Shown piece after piece: positions 14,440 to 27,946 of a stretch of 64,000 bases of DNA. The notes under the pieces were generated by a model that made no database searches, was not told the DNA's origin, and saw nothing but the letters and a program-made list of their open reading frames with translations. The stretch is from the NCBI RefSeq assembly GCF_009914755.1, contig NC_060931.1, one strand, 5' to 3'. The translations under genes and the position numbers were made by a program. Source of the stretch: the human T2T-CHM13v2.0 reference genome, Homo sapiens. Each line of letters begins with the position of its first letter. Position 1 is the stretch's first letter.

Positions 14440-16388
14440 CCCACAGTCCAATGTCACCTACCTCTGTTGCACCACGGAGGCACACCAAGGTCACACCTTT
14501 GGCATCAGGTATTTGGAGGCACACTGAGAACTAAACCCAGATCTGGCTCAGAGATGGTTCAGCTCAATATAAGTTGAAGGATCTGATTATGGGCTGATGT
14601 ACTAATCCCCACTCAAAGAAGAGGAGGTTTAAAGGTGAAAAATAATATTCCCTGAGGGTAAAATGGTGAATGGTATGTAGTGATTGTCTACTTTGTATGG
14701 GGCAACAAAGGTATTATGATACCTTTGATAAATATACACATGGACTTCTGAGCTGTGGCAAAGAGTTGGTCCTGGAATGAACTAGACCAAAAGGTCTGAG
14801 ATAAAGGCAAAAGGCCTGAGGACAGACCTAAAAAGTAGGTCCATAGTGTGTAGTTATGAGGTCACAAGGCAAGGCCTTCAGGAGAACACCACAGAGCAGG
14901 AATTTAACCATTAAGTAATCATCCCGTGCAGAGGATGTCAGCCAGACTCCATCCTTGGTCTGCCAGCACTTGGATATGTGGCCATAAAGAGAGTAGCTAT
15001 GTGGGTGACAGAGATAACACTTGGATCCTATAGCAAAAGTTCACTCTTACCAAGGCTGGCCTTGGCCGCCTGTTCCTGACTACTACTGTCTCTTGAGGAC
15101 ACTAGATATTCACTAAGTGGCAGATTGGAGCCCTTCAACTCTGGATTTGCACACAATGAAATTCACAACTAGCCCACATATGTGGTTGTTGTTCTGTTTG
15201 AGTTTTCTCTGGTTTTACCACTATCTGAAGGCCTACAAGATACCTAATATACTGATGGGGTATCCCACATAATATTGCCTGTGTCCACGAGATGGGTTTT
15301 ATGCTGAAGGAAGTGGAGTGTTTCATACATAATCATGACACCCACTGGCCCTATTATACTGCATTCACAGGAAGCAGCTGACCTCGCAGAGCGTTGGAAA
15401 GGCCTATGGAAAGCTCTGCCAAGGTGACAGGACACCTTACAGGTTGAAACAGTGCTTCCAGGATGTGGCGCATGCATTCAGCCAACCCCCATATCCTGCT
15501 GTGGGTCTCCATGGTAAAAATACATGGCGCCAGAAATGAAGAAGTGGAAGTCTGAGTGACCCCTCTCAACTCTGCATCATCCCAGTGACTGACTTGAAGA
15601 CATATTTTTTGCTTTCCTTCTCCACAACCCTAATCTCTGCTGGATTAGTCTCCAGAGGAGGAAATGTGCATAAAGGTAATTAGAAAATTTTCCACTATGT
15701 GATTAATTTGGTGTATGATGGTAGACCAGCAGGCACAGAAAAAAAATTAATTTAATTAAATAAAGGCTTAGTATTGATGGCAATGAGAAACAGATGGATT
15801 CCTGGGCAGACAGGGATGTGTTCCTAGTGGGGCTCTATCTTCAAGCCAAGGATAGTCTGAAGCCTAAAAACTGAGAGGACAGTTCTAGGCACAGTCCATG
15901 ACTGGAGTGAGAACTTCCATCCCCGTCTTATCCACTCTCTCTCTATTGGTTCCTTCTGAATGATGCTTTTTAACCAATTGAATGGTGCCTTTTCCAAGCC
16001 TACCTATTGACCAATCAGCACACATTCCCCCATTCTAAGCCCATTAAAACCCCGGACTCAGCCTCACAGAGAGCAACCCACTTTTGGGTCCTCTCTCAAT
16101 ACTGAGAGTTTTCTTTCTGTCACTCAGGAAAATTCTACTCTGCCTTACTCACTCTCCAGTGTCCGCATACCCTATTCCTCTTGGATGTGGGCCAAGAACC
16201 CGGAACTCACTGAACTGCAGAAGCAAAAGAGCTGTAAAGCTCCTGCTTGCTGAGCTGCTGGTGGTGGGAGTCAAAGAGCTCTAACACTCCTCCTGCTTGC
16301 AGAGCTATGGGAGAGAAAAAGCCACAACAGTGTGATTATCACGAGGAACCAGTGTTGCTGCTGTGTAATGGTATCTGAGAGAAATATC
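14440..16388 (+). mobile_element. ERVL-class internal remnant (integrase region) with a nested ERV1 LTR
   Basis: Decayed motifs WQIG.L, GIPHNIA and HSQEAADLAERWKGLWKA (cf. ERVL integrase HPEAAGLIERWNGLLK). Confidence 0.75.
15775..16329 (+). mobile_element. ERV1 solo LTR, LTR29-like
   Basis: TG...CA ends, CCAAT boxes, near-TSD gtat/gtgt; subfamily from memory. Confidence 0.75.
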
Positions 16389-16540
16389 CAGTCAATCATG
16401 GAAATCCATGGGTTCCACATCTGTGAATTCAAGCAAATACAGACCTAAACATTTGAAAAAAAATAACAATACAACAATAAATATAACACAAATAAAACAC
16501 AGTGTAACAACAACTCTTTATAAAATACTTACATTGTATG
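16389..16540 (-). mobile_element. MER2-family (TcMar-Tigger) fragment
   Basis: atgggttccacatctgtgaattcaa..aacaatacaacaataa. Confidence 0.65.
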
Positions 16541-16945
16541 CATATATATATATAGTTTATTTTCCTCCTTCTTACACAAGATTAAGCATGCTATGCACAC
16601 TTTCACTTAACTATGTAACTTGGAAATCAGTCTGTATCAGATACAGGCAGCTTCCTTGTTTGTTTTTATGACTAAATATATGTAACATAAATATTCTTTT
16701 TTCCCCAATCTTTAACTATCATAGACAATGCCACAATTAATCATATTGTACATGTACCAAAGTTGTATTTCTTCAAGTTCATGTTTAGAATAGAATTTTA
16801 GGAAAAGGATTGTCAGGACAAATACATACATGTTATGCCAGATATTTGCACAATGTTTCTTTAATGAGAAATGTGCTATTTTGCATTTCTAATAACAATG
16901 TATTAAAACTGATTTTCTACTATATCCTCTACTCATCAGCTCATT

Positions 16946-17235
16946 CTCATGCCTCTAATCCGAGCACTTTGGGAGGCCAAGGCGGGCGGATCATGAGGTC
17001 AGGAGATCGAGACCATTCTGGCTAACCTGGTGAAACCCCGTCTCTACTAAATATACAAAAAATTAGCCAGGTGTGGTGGCACACGCCTGTAATCCCAGCT
17101 ACTCGGGAGGCTGAGGCAGAAGAATCGCTTGAATCTGGAAGGTGGAGGTTGCAGAATCTGGTCGCCACTGCACTCCAGCCTGGGTGACAGAGCAAGACTA
17201 CATCTCAAAAATAAATAAATAAATAAAATAAAAAA
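16946..17235 (+). mobile_element. AluS (Sc-like), slightly 5' truncated
   Basis: gatcatgaggtcaggagatcgagacc; (AAAT)n tail. Confidence 0.9.
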
Positions 17236-17575
17236 TGAAAAATATTCTGTTTAATCAAGTAGCATATCTACATATTTGTGATCTGAGGTAGGTAATATTT
17301 ACACCTTTCTACTTCATTTAACAAAATTATTTTAAGTAATCTTGAAATACATAATACAAATGGACAGAAAAACTGCAAATGGTGAATCTTTCATTTCATA
17401 GAAATTTATATATATAATAAAATCATTTAAAATAAATAATATAAAAACACAATAAAACATAATACAAAAGTGAATAATCTAAATTGATAATTTAAATTGT
17501 ATTAGTGCATTTTAAACAAAGTAACCAAGAGTACCTACTTTTTTGGTTTGTCACAATAGTGAAAAATACATTTAC

Positions 17576-18710
17576 CACTTCTGTTAAATTTTAACTTGTG
17601 GAAATGTGTTACTGGCTTAGCAAAATTGAGGATTTCTTTTTTTTTTTTTTTTGCATTTTCTTGTTCTATACACAGTATAGTCAGAATTAGCAATATTGTT
17701 TATTTCTTAGCTGATTAACACTTTTACATTCATTCATTTTTATTTTTAATATTTTCTTTCCATAAAACAACAGATATGCAAATATTAGAAAAAGTATTAA
17801 ACATAAGGATACATTTGTAAAGAGCTCACACAGTACAATTTCACGACAAATTCCAGAAATGGAGATATTGCCCATTACTTTTTTACTGGGAAGATTATTG
17901 CAGGTGTCATATACCTCCATAGTCGGGACATTTTAAACGCAAATTAAAATGCCAAGTCATTTTGTATACTATGACGCATTTGGTGTAATTTGAGTTATTT
18001 TGGATTGTATTTGTAACTAGTCTGCTATCATTATTAATTGTACCATATATATGTACATACACACACACACAAATACACACACACACACACACACACACAC
18101 ACGTACCCACAGGGGCTGAAGGCAAAGCTGGATATTTCAGTTTCCTCTTACTACCTTGAACAAAGTTTGCTGCTCAGTCTGCATTTATAGGAAGCTAACA
18201 GTATAACTGGGAGGTCCCCATGTTAATTTCCACACAATGTTTATTAAAGGATAAGTAATAAAAATGTGGTATTTTAAAGCTTTAATGAATATTAATAAAA
18301 CTCAACAAAAATCATAGTAATTGTTCAAAACTTAGCTCAACACAGAATTTTTGGGGAAAAGAATAATCACTGACATCATTTAGAAAGGCCAGCACTCAGT
18401 TCTATCAGGAAAAGCAGATTGCTTTCTCATTGGTTTTATGACGGTTTTTATAGGAACTACTGACAAGGAGCTTCCTCAATAACTTATGCACAAGGGTAGA
18501 CTTTACCTGTGACCTGGGGTACAAAGCTAATCCCATGACTCAGAGCCTTCAAATTCAAATGTTTAAAGCCCCAACTTTATTATTTGTATATGTTAACAAC
18601 TTACTATTTTTTAAACTACCTCTCTGGATCAAAAGGTTACTATTCTTGCCCTCATGTAAATGGCCTTAGGTCTCCTATCTTTATTAATCCTACATACATA
18701 ATTGGTTCCT
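17576..18710 (-). pseudogene. Cluster of 3-4 weak candidate fossil exons, boundaries unresolved
   Basis: Donors gtaagt (18599-18604) and gtaaat (17570-17575); protein-like ORFs 17687..17920 and 17907..18125. Confidence 0.35.
18058..18101. repeat. (CA)n microsatellite
   Basis: Directly visible. Confidence 0.95.
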
Positions 18711-18993
18711 ATGTAACACACATTGTATTTGAAGCTTCAGTTACTCTTGTGCAAAATAAAGGCCAGGTCAAATTGGCTCTCCCAGCTTCCTCAGCACCTT
18801 AACTGTGTGTGTGTATGTGTGCTTCATGAAGAGAGATGATGAAGATAATCACATTCACTGCTCCTTCCTCATACACCAAATTATATCAAAGTCGTATTAT
18901 ACCGGAAAGAGGCCAGATCCTACATCTGACCAGTTTGTGATTGCTTAGTTAGGTCTTGGGTTGAAATTTATTTTACTGGATAGGGGATATATT

Positions 18994-19616
18994 TGTGCAC
19001 CCAAAAGTATGTGAGACAGATTTCCATCGATTTAGAAAGTTTATTTTGTCAAGGTTAAAGACATCCCTCTGACATAGTCTCAGGAGTTCCTAATGACATG
19101 TGTCCAACGTAGTCGGGTCAATGCTTGGTTTTATACATTTTAGGGAGACATGATACATCAATCAATATGTGTAAGTTGTACATTAGTTTGGTCTGGAAAG
19201 GAAAGCCCCCACAACTCCAAGTAGGGACTTTCAGGTTGAGGTAGATTAGAGATGAAATGTTGCATTCTTTTCTCTTTGATCAGCCTTTCACTGAATACAT
19301 GCTTTACATATGAGAGGAGGGTAGAGGCATAATCACATGCCTTAGTTTGGATTAGTGAAACAGTAGGGCAGAGGAAGCAATCAGATGTGTATTTGTCTCA
19401 TACAAGCAGAGGGATGACTTCCAGTTCTGTCTGTCTTTTGTCCACAAGAAATTTTCTTGTGGCAAATTGTGAGGGAGGTATGTAGTTTTTTTTTAATCTT
19501 TGTAGATATCTTATTTAGGAATAAAACGGAAGGCAGATTTGCTTGAGGGAGTTCCCAGCCTTACTTCCTTTTGGCTCAGTGATTTGGGGGGTGCCAAGAT
19601 TTCTTCACCTTTCACA
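18994..19616 (-). mobile_element. MER4A solo LTR (ERV1)
   Basis: tgtgcacccaaaagtatgtgagacag ... cctttcaca; near-TSD tatt/catt. Confidence 0.85.
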
Positions 19617-19759
19617 CATTAATTTTCAGAGAACCAGAGAACATCACTCCATTGTAAGAGAATGAGACAGTCCCTTCAATCTAGGCGGGAAGCATGTCCA
19701 ATCTGCAGTGACTGAGAGGAGGGCTCAGTTGGTGGAGTTGGGTTGCCCATGGCTGCCTG

Positions 19760-20246
19760 TGAGGCAGGAGAATAGGGTCTGGAGGCAGGGAACCTAAGGC
19801 TGATTCACGCTGACTTCCTAGAACTAAATCAAAAGGAAAACTCCGACTTTCCACACCTAAGTAACAAAAGGACTTGAGGCTACTTCGGAAAATTCAAAGT
19901 ATCTCTGACTGGTTGCTTTTCACAACCAATCAGATGCTTGCGTAGGGTGTAACCTTTGCAACTTCACTTCAGCCTCTGACTGGTTGCTTTCCACAACCAA
20001 AAGACTGATTGCCAGCCACCATATCATTTACATAGGGTGTACACTGAGTAACCAATGGGAAACCTCTGGAGGGTATTTAAAACTAAATGAGCCCCTGTGC
20101 TCAGACCTGCTCCCACCCCGTGGAGTGTACTTTCACTTTCAGTAAACGTCTGCTTTTATTGTTTCATTCTTTCCATGCTTTGTTTGTGTATTTTGTCCAA
20201 TTCTTTGTTTAAGAGCTAAGACCCTGGACACCCTCCATTGGTAACA
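19760..20246 (+). mobile_element. MER51A-like solo LTR (ERV1)
   Basis: tgaggcaggagaatagggtctggaggcagggaacc ... ggtaaca. Confidence 0.88.
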
Positions 20247-20732
20247 CTAGGGGGCTGATCAGGATTCAACCAACCTCTGTAGCATAAAATAGGGCAAGCA
20301 AACCAGCATTCAGAGGCACTAGCAGTGACTAATTTCAAGCTCAAGAAAGGTGAGTGTGGAGGGGTTGGCCATATTTTCAGTTCTACTAGAGAACTACAAG
20401 GAAAACTGATGCAGGGAGAAGAATGGCCCCTTCTCTATGCCACCGCATGCTTCGGCTGTTTAATAGCACATGCCCCTGGCCAGGAGAATGAGAATGTTGT
20501 GAGCAGCCTGAACATTAGAAGAGGCAGGCAGTAAGAAGAAAGAAATTGCAAAGGCTTCTATGAAGTTCACAAATGACTAAAAAATCTGAGAAACTCTCAG
20601 AAATAGCTGGGAGACCCTCAGATGAGCTAAATCCTGCAGACTATGAACTAATTTTTGATTCGTACCCAATTACTATTTTACATTTGCATCTAAAATAAAA
20701 TGCATTTTGTTTTAAATTAACAGGAGAATAAC

Positions 20733-21322
<590 letters not shown>

Positions 21323-21609
21323 GAGATTCTTTTCTGAAGTACATTTGCACAATGTCACACAATATCAAACACAAAGTAATGAGTTTTATAGTCTAGTTTT
21401 TTTTTAATCTTTATTACATATCTCCAGTCCCATCTTGTCTCATAGATTACAAGTCTTTCTGTGATGGAAATGGAAAAGGTTAAAGTAACAATAATTGAAA
21501 AATACTAGATAAATCAAACACTTTGAGGATCAAAACCACATAGATTCAAGAGTACAGAGTTAAGACAAATAAGTAAAGAACAAATTACATTGCACTTTGG
21601 TAATGCAAT

Positions 21610-22017
21610 GTGTTGCAATTTGTGTGCTCTGAGAAGCTGATTCTAAGATGAAAATTAGCATTAGGAAGCTTATTAGAGGATGTTCCTAGAATTAACACCT
21701 GCAGAAGGGAATTAAGGATAAAACTGATCTGTGATGCTGCCATAAGGAATCCTTAACAAACTGCATACAGAGTCGTAAAGAGAAACCCTGAGTTGAATCA
21801 AAGGAGGCAGAACTTTATTCTCCCACATGGTTTAGTCAGGCCATGAGTGTCATTCCGTAAGAAGGCATGACTCTGGGTAAGGCACAACTCCTGAAGTGAG
21901 GCAATCTCTGTAGGGGTGACAGCTACAGGCTTTCTGCTGGAAGTATCACATACCTGGGGAAGGGAGTCGTTCATTCCTGCAAGAATATGTCGTGGGCTCA
22001 TCTCACAATCTGCCACA
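21610..22017 (-). mobile_element. LTR33-family solo LTR (ERVL)
   Basis: gaggcaatctctgtaggggtgacagct and both terminal motifs. Confidence 0.75.
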
Positions 22018-22461
22018 CTGTGATTAGTTGGTCAAGTGAAAAATAAAGGGGAAAAATTCCTGTCTGCTAGTGGAAAGGCCCAAGACTAAAATGAGAATTT
22101 AATATATTTGGAAATTTCCAGTATTTTCCGTGACCACAATAATAAGAGACAGTAGATGAGATTGGAGAGATATGGAACACGCTATGTATGTCACACTAAG
22201 AAATTTGATTTTTATCTCATTGGGTGAACAATGAGAAACCACAGAATGATGGTGAAACTGGAATTAGAATAATGCAATTTACATTTTATAGGTAGCTCTT
22301 GATTTATTTATGAAGTTCTAACGCTTTTGAGCTTTTTCATTATAGACTGTGAAAGCAATAAAATGAATGTCTTCTTAACCATTTTTCTATATCACACAAC
22401 CTTGCAGATTCTAGTTGTTCAATAGGTTTGTAAAAATGAATAAATAAATGGAACTATTTGC

Positions 22462-22862
22462 CTGGTTGGATGGTGATGGGTTTGATTTGAACATGTTGAG
22501 CACCATGAGGACAATATCAAAGATCAACAATATACAACTTGAATTTTGTCCTTATTAGAGGAGGTTCTTTGAATTAACACCTGTGGAAAGGAGTTAAGGA
22601 TAAAACTATACTCAAAATAAACATAAAACATATTTGTTCCCAAAATAAACATGAACAATTTAACAGTTGTTTTAAAATAGAAAGGGCATTAAGTAAAATT
22701 CGGCATTTAAAAAATGCTCCCAAGGGCTCAATGCTTCATGCCCATTGCAATAGTTTGTGATCCTTATGTCATCGCTAACTGGAAAATATCGTTTATGTAT
22801 ATTACCTAACATGGTTATTATATTAGAACAAGTGTTCTTCACACTTTTAATCCAATATCTTA
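22462..22862 (-). pseudogene. Fossil exon interrupted by an 89-bp insertion: VRYWIKSVKNTCSNIITMLGNIHKRYFPVSDDIRITNYCNGHEALSPWEHFLNAEFYLMPFLF*NNC*IVHVYFG[ins]TKFKLYIVDL*YCPHGAQHVQIKPITIQP
   Basis: Strong acceptor tttcttgaccttgttgtctctag; phase 1 matches the previous exon; donor CAG|gcaaat. Confidence 0.65.
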
Positions 22863-23831
22863 CTAGAGACAACAAGGTCAAGAAACAGGCAAAAATAATT
22901 TCAAATAACAAATGCCACAACCACAAAGGTGAGCCAAAAAAGTAAATACTCAAAGACATTCTTAATTATTAAACAGCACTTATCTTTGTTAAATATGACT
23001 ACTGTAAAACAAATATATTTATTTATAGTAAGAACATATTTTAATACTAATTCAGATAATCAAATCTACTCTACCCATATAACCCTTTCCTTAGAATCGT
23101 CTGCATTCTAAATTTATGCAGGTATTCACAAAGGTTTCCATGCCTGTAATTTTAGTCTCAGAGTACAGAGAGTGAGAAAATAAAACAGGAAAGAAAATAC
23201 TTGGAGTAGTAATGGCTAAGTATTTCTTGGTGAAATATACCAACCTAAAAACTCAAGAAACTCAGTGAACCCTAAGTAGGAAAAAGGAGAGTCCACGAGT
23301 TACACCACAGTCAAACTTCTGTAAAACAATCATGCAGAAAAATTGAAAAGTCAACAGAGAAGAAAAGTATACATTACATTAAAGGAAACAATTGTATGAA
23401 TATAATTCAAGAAAATTCATCTGATAAGTGAATTCAAGTATAATTAGAATGACACATGATAAGACTTGGATCTGAAGAAATGAAGAAAACATGAAATTAC
23501 AAATATATTAGTAATTATAACAGTTTCTTTAAAATTCTCTTAAAAATTTAAAGAGACACAATGGACAGGTTAAAGAAATAATTGTAACATTGTGGGATCC
23601 ATAACGTATGTATATATAAAATATATTTCAGCAATAAGGCAAGAGATAAGAAGAATTACACTGTAGTAAATTTCTCATATTTTATATGAGGTGGTACAAT
23701 ATGAACTCCAAGTAGACTATGATATTTTAAATAAAACTACTGTAATTTTTAGAGCAACACTAAAAATGATTTTTAAAAATTATAACTAAAATATAGGAAT
23801 TAATTGAATTAAAATACTAAAATAAAGACAA

Positions 23832-24318
23832 GTCCATTCGTTTCCTAGCACTGCAATAACAAATTACCACAAACTCAGTGGCTTCAAGAACACAAGAGAC
23901 TTATCTTACAGTTCTGGAGGTCAGAAGTCTAAAATAAGTCTCAAAAAGCTTTTAAAATTGAAGTATTTGGGTGTTTTTTTCTGGAGATTCCAGAAATCTG
24001 TTACTTGACTTCCAACTTCTAGAGGCTGCAGCATTCCTTGGCTTATGGGTGCATCACTCCAATATCTGCTTCTGTCATCTCAAGTTTTGCCATCTGACTC
24101 TCACTCTTCCCATATCCATCTCATACTGAAAATTGTGATCACAATAGGTCCACATGGTTAAACCAGAATAATATCTTCATAACAGTATCTTTAACTTATT
24201 CACATCTCCAAAATTACCTTTGCCACCTTCACATCTCCAAAATTATCTTTGCCATTCACAGGTTCTGAGCATTATTAAAGTAGACATATCAGGGTGGAGG
24301 AACATTATTTAGTTACCA
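23832..24318 (-). mobile_element. MLT1C-like LTR
   Basis: aacaaattaccacaaactcagtggctt..cagttctggaggtcagaagtc. Confidence 0.8.
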
Positions 24319-24554
24319 CTGTAAGAAAGTTGAAACTGAAAGAAAATAAATGGGATACATAGAAAATAAATAGTAAAGTGGTATACTTAAATTTAATTAT
24401 ACATAGTTGTATTAAGATAATCACACAGTAATGTATGATTACATTAAATGTAAGTGAACTAAACACTCTAAACACAAGACAGATTGTCAGAAAATATTTG
24501 AAAAACCTCATATTAAAAAAGATCTAAATATGAGCAGAGGGAATGCACATCAAA

Positions 24555-24985
24555 AGATATAGAATTAACCTAAGTGCCCATCAGCCAATGAGTGGATAAA
24601 GAAAGTGTTGTACATATACGCATGAAATATTACTCAGCCATAAAAATGAACAAGAATATGTCTTTTGCAGCAACTTGGATGGAACTAGAGGCCATATTCA
24701 AAGCCAAGTAACTCAGGAATGGAAAAGCAAATACCACATGTTCTCACATAAAAGTGGGAGGTAAGCTACGGATCCACAAAGGTATACAACGTGGTATACA
24801 GACATTGGAGACTCAGACTGGGGGGAAGGCACGAGGGGGGTGAGGAGTGAAAAATTACCTAGTGAGTACCGTGTACACTATTTGGGTAATAGGAGCCACT
24901 AAATGCCCAAACATCACCACTATACAATTCATTTAGGTAACCAATAAGTACTTGTACCCTAAAGCTATGTAACTTATATAAATAG
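24555..24985 (+). mobile_element. L1PB3/4 3' end
   Basis: aacctaagtgcccatcagccaatgagtggataaag; L1PB 3' UTR. Confidence 0.85.
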
Positions 24986-25833
24986 TTTCAAAATGAAGCA
25001 AAATATGATAGAATAAATGAAGAAATATATAAATCTTTAAACACAGTCAAAACTTTTAATGCTCCTCTCTCAATATTTGATAGGGCAAATAAACAAAATT
25101 TCATAAGGATATGAAACATCTGAATAACATAATTAGTGAATCAAAAGAAACTGACATTTATAGAACAAAGTACCCTTATAACTATAGAATACACATATTT
25201 ATCAATTTCTCATGAAACATTCACTAAAATAACAATAGTCTGAGTCACAAAGCAAATCTCAGTAACTCTCAAAGGGTCAAAATAATATGGTGTGTACCCT
25301 GTACAAACGAAATTAAAATAGAAATCAATAAGAATACTTGTAAAGTATCTAAATATCTGAAAATTATAATGTATTTTAAATATAACTCATGGATCATAGT
25401 ATAATTTTCAGTGAAAATTGAAAAATATTAGTCACATTTTAAAGCACCATGAAGGAGAAATATACATATTTAAGTGCTAGTATTATGAAAGAAGGAAGGT
25501 TTAAAATCAATAATTAAGTTTTAAATTAAATTATAATTGTTTTCACCCTAGTAAGTGAAGAAGCAGCAAATTAAACTTAAAGAATTTAAAAGTAAAAAAT
25601 AAAAATGTATCTCAAAATTATTGTTTTGAATAAAGAAACCCTGGCGCAAAAGAAAATAGGTGTTGTTTTTGTTTAATTTTATCATTTTCTTGAAGCTCAA
25701 GAACAGGTAAAGCTAAACTATGGTACTAGAAATAAAGCAGTAGAAAATGACAGCATCCGTGACCGAGTCATTCAAACAAAAAGCCTTGTAGTTTCTCTCC
25801 TCTCACTTTCAAAACCAAGAGTGAATGACTCAC

Positions 25834-25972
25834 CGAGTCTCATTGCTTCAATATTTTTGACCTCTTTTATTTTAGTTGTTTCATCTTTTGCATGGGTATT
25901 GTAGCAGTCTAAGCCATGATTCTCTCTCTTTGTGGTGATTACATCAATATAACACCAGGTTTTACTTTTCAT
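25834..25972 (-). pseudogene. Fossil exon, 139 nt, phase 0/1: MKSKTWCYIDVITTKRENHGLDCYNTHAKDETTKIKEVKNIEAMRL; dead acceptor
   Basis: Pyrimidine tract ends tttcacAA (AG lost); open; donor TCG|gtgagt. Confidence 0.6.
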
Positions 25973-25999
25973 TTGTGAAATATTAAGAAAAGACAACTA

Positions 26000-26750
26000 T
26001 ATGCTAGGTAGGCCCTGTGGCACTTACAAGAGGAAAAAAAGAGTTATCAAATATATATGATCCCTCTCTCAAGAGGTTTATTGTCAAATTGAAAAATAAA
26101 CATTATTCAAATAGTCAGATGAAGGAATACCAAATAAATGAACTGCATTCCTGCTATGAATAAAGAGTATAGAGTGGCAGCTAAGTATGTCACAAGCGTA
26201 TGCACAATGCTGCAGGAAGGTAAAGACATGCTGAGAAAAGAGTCACACTATGGAGATCTTGAAATGTGGATAGAATTTATTTAGTTAAAATGAGGTGACA
26301 TGTTTCACATAGAGGAAACAGCATGATCCCATTTCCCTGATGTGAGAGGAAGCATGGCACTTTTAAGGAATTGAGAAATGGCTGGAGTGAAGGAGTACAG
26401 ACGGTGGAGAGACAGTGGAGGTAGACAAGACAGAGGTCTGGTAGGAGTGAGAATATGCAGGCCCTTGTAGACCATGGTAAGGGTTGTCTTCTTTAAACCA
26501 GTGTAATATAATCAGAAAAGAGATGTTATTATATTTTTAGTGATTCTTGTGTTTTCAGAGTGTGTCTGAGGAACACAACGGGATGCTTTGCGTTAGTCCT
26601 GCTAGGAACAATTTGTGCTTTGGATGGGGTTTATGGAGCAAAGAGGACCACTTCATGTATAGATGAGAGGTAATATACAAATAGCAGGGTAATAGTTTGG
26701 ATATGGGAGACACAGAAGACAGGCAGATATTAGTGATATCTGCCTGACTT
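26000..26750 (-). mobile_element. L2 fragment
   Basis: Purine-rich; gcaggcccttgtagaccatggtaagg. Confidence 0.6.
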
Positions 26751-26849
26751 CTGTGTGGCAGATTTGGAAGGACACACAAATGTCCTTCTATAAAGAAATA
26801 GGAGAAGAGAAAAATAATAGCAATTCTGCATACATGATTCAAGAGCATA

Positions 26850-27415
26850 GAAATAGTTTCTAGCTCAATATATGAGGCAAGCATTATGCTCATCCTAAAG
26901 TCAGAAGAAGAAACTGCAAAATAAGAAAACTATAGAGCAATATCCCTCATGAACATATTTTCAAAACATCTCTTAAGATTTAGGAAATATAATACTACAA
27001 AATATAAAATGATAAAACATTACAACTAATTGGTTCCATAGCAGGAATTCAAGGGAGATTTAGCATTGAAAATCAATCCTTATAGTTTGCTTCATCCTCA
27101 TCAAGGGCATCTATGAAAAATCTACAGCTGGGCAGAAAAGAGTACATAGTGTATAACTTCATGTATGTGAGACTAGAACAGAAAGCAGTGAATACAGAGT
27201 GAGAGAATGAAGAGCTGTGGCTGCTTACAGCAGAAGGCTGAGGGATAGGTTGACTGCAAAGGAGCATGAGGGTGCTATTTGTGGTGATGGACAGCTTCTA
27301 GATATTGAATGGAATGGTAATTATATCATTATTTACATTCATCAAAACACATCCACCAAATTGTGTTCATTACACTCAAATGATTGCTCAATAAAGCTTA
27401 TTTTGAAAGTGAGAA
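26850..27415 (+). mobile_element. L1M ORF2 and L1ME-type 3' end fragments
   Basis: aactatagagcaatatccctcatgaacata; ctcaataaagct terminus. Confidence 0.6.
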
Positions 27416-27606
27416 AAAAAGTGTCAGGAAAAGCTCAAAATAATAAAATGTGGTAACTGAAGAGTAAGAGATTGGGAGAAAATAGAGTAATCTGGAATTT
27501 TGAAGCATTATTCTCAATAAAAGTAATTATTATATGAAGTTAGTTAATACACAAAAACGCTCTCTGTGCAGTTCACTATTTTTAAGAAAACAGGGAGAAA
27601 ACTCAC

Positions 27607-27657
27607 CACAAATTATTTAATTGTATTATTATTTAGTTTTCATTCACATAGAATGAT
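27607..27657 (-). pseudogene. Fossil exon, 51 nt: IILCE*KLNNNTIK*FV
   Basis: Consensus signals: ctaat branch point, ttttttccttttgattcag acceptor, GTG|gtgagt donor. Confidence 0.65.
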
Positions 27658-27946
27658 CTGAATCAAAAGGAAAAAATATTAGTACAACAATAACAATTCT
27701 AAAAATATGTGTAGATTAGGTTTTACCTATTTATTATTTTCCCATTTCAACAAAATGAAAGCAGTCTATAATATCAGTTATGCAGCAGAAAGTTAAATCT
27801 GTAGTGCTGAAGACAAACTTAAAGAAAACTTGAAGCGGAAGATACACTTGTAAAACATTGAGTAAGTGGACAAAAAATAACCCATGGACAGAATGAGAGC
27901 GAGACATTTAGAGACATTAGGGGGAGAGTATCAGTATTCAACTTAC

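Larger units (their letters stand above)
23130..25620 (+). mobile_element. Old L1M (ORF1 end to ORF2 endonuclease region) with nested MLT1C and L1PB
   Basis: A-rich L1 sense motifs (acattaaatgtaagtgaactaaacact). Confidence 0.7.

Noticed and set aside
19620-20720. Possible ancient LTR flanking MER51A
   Set aside because: LTR-like composition, but no recognisable family or termini.
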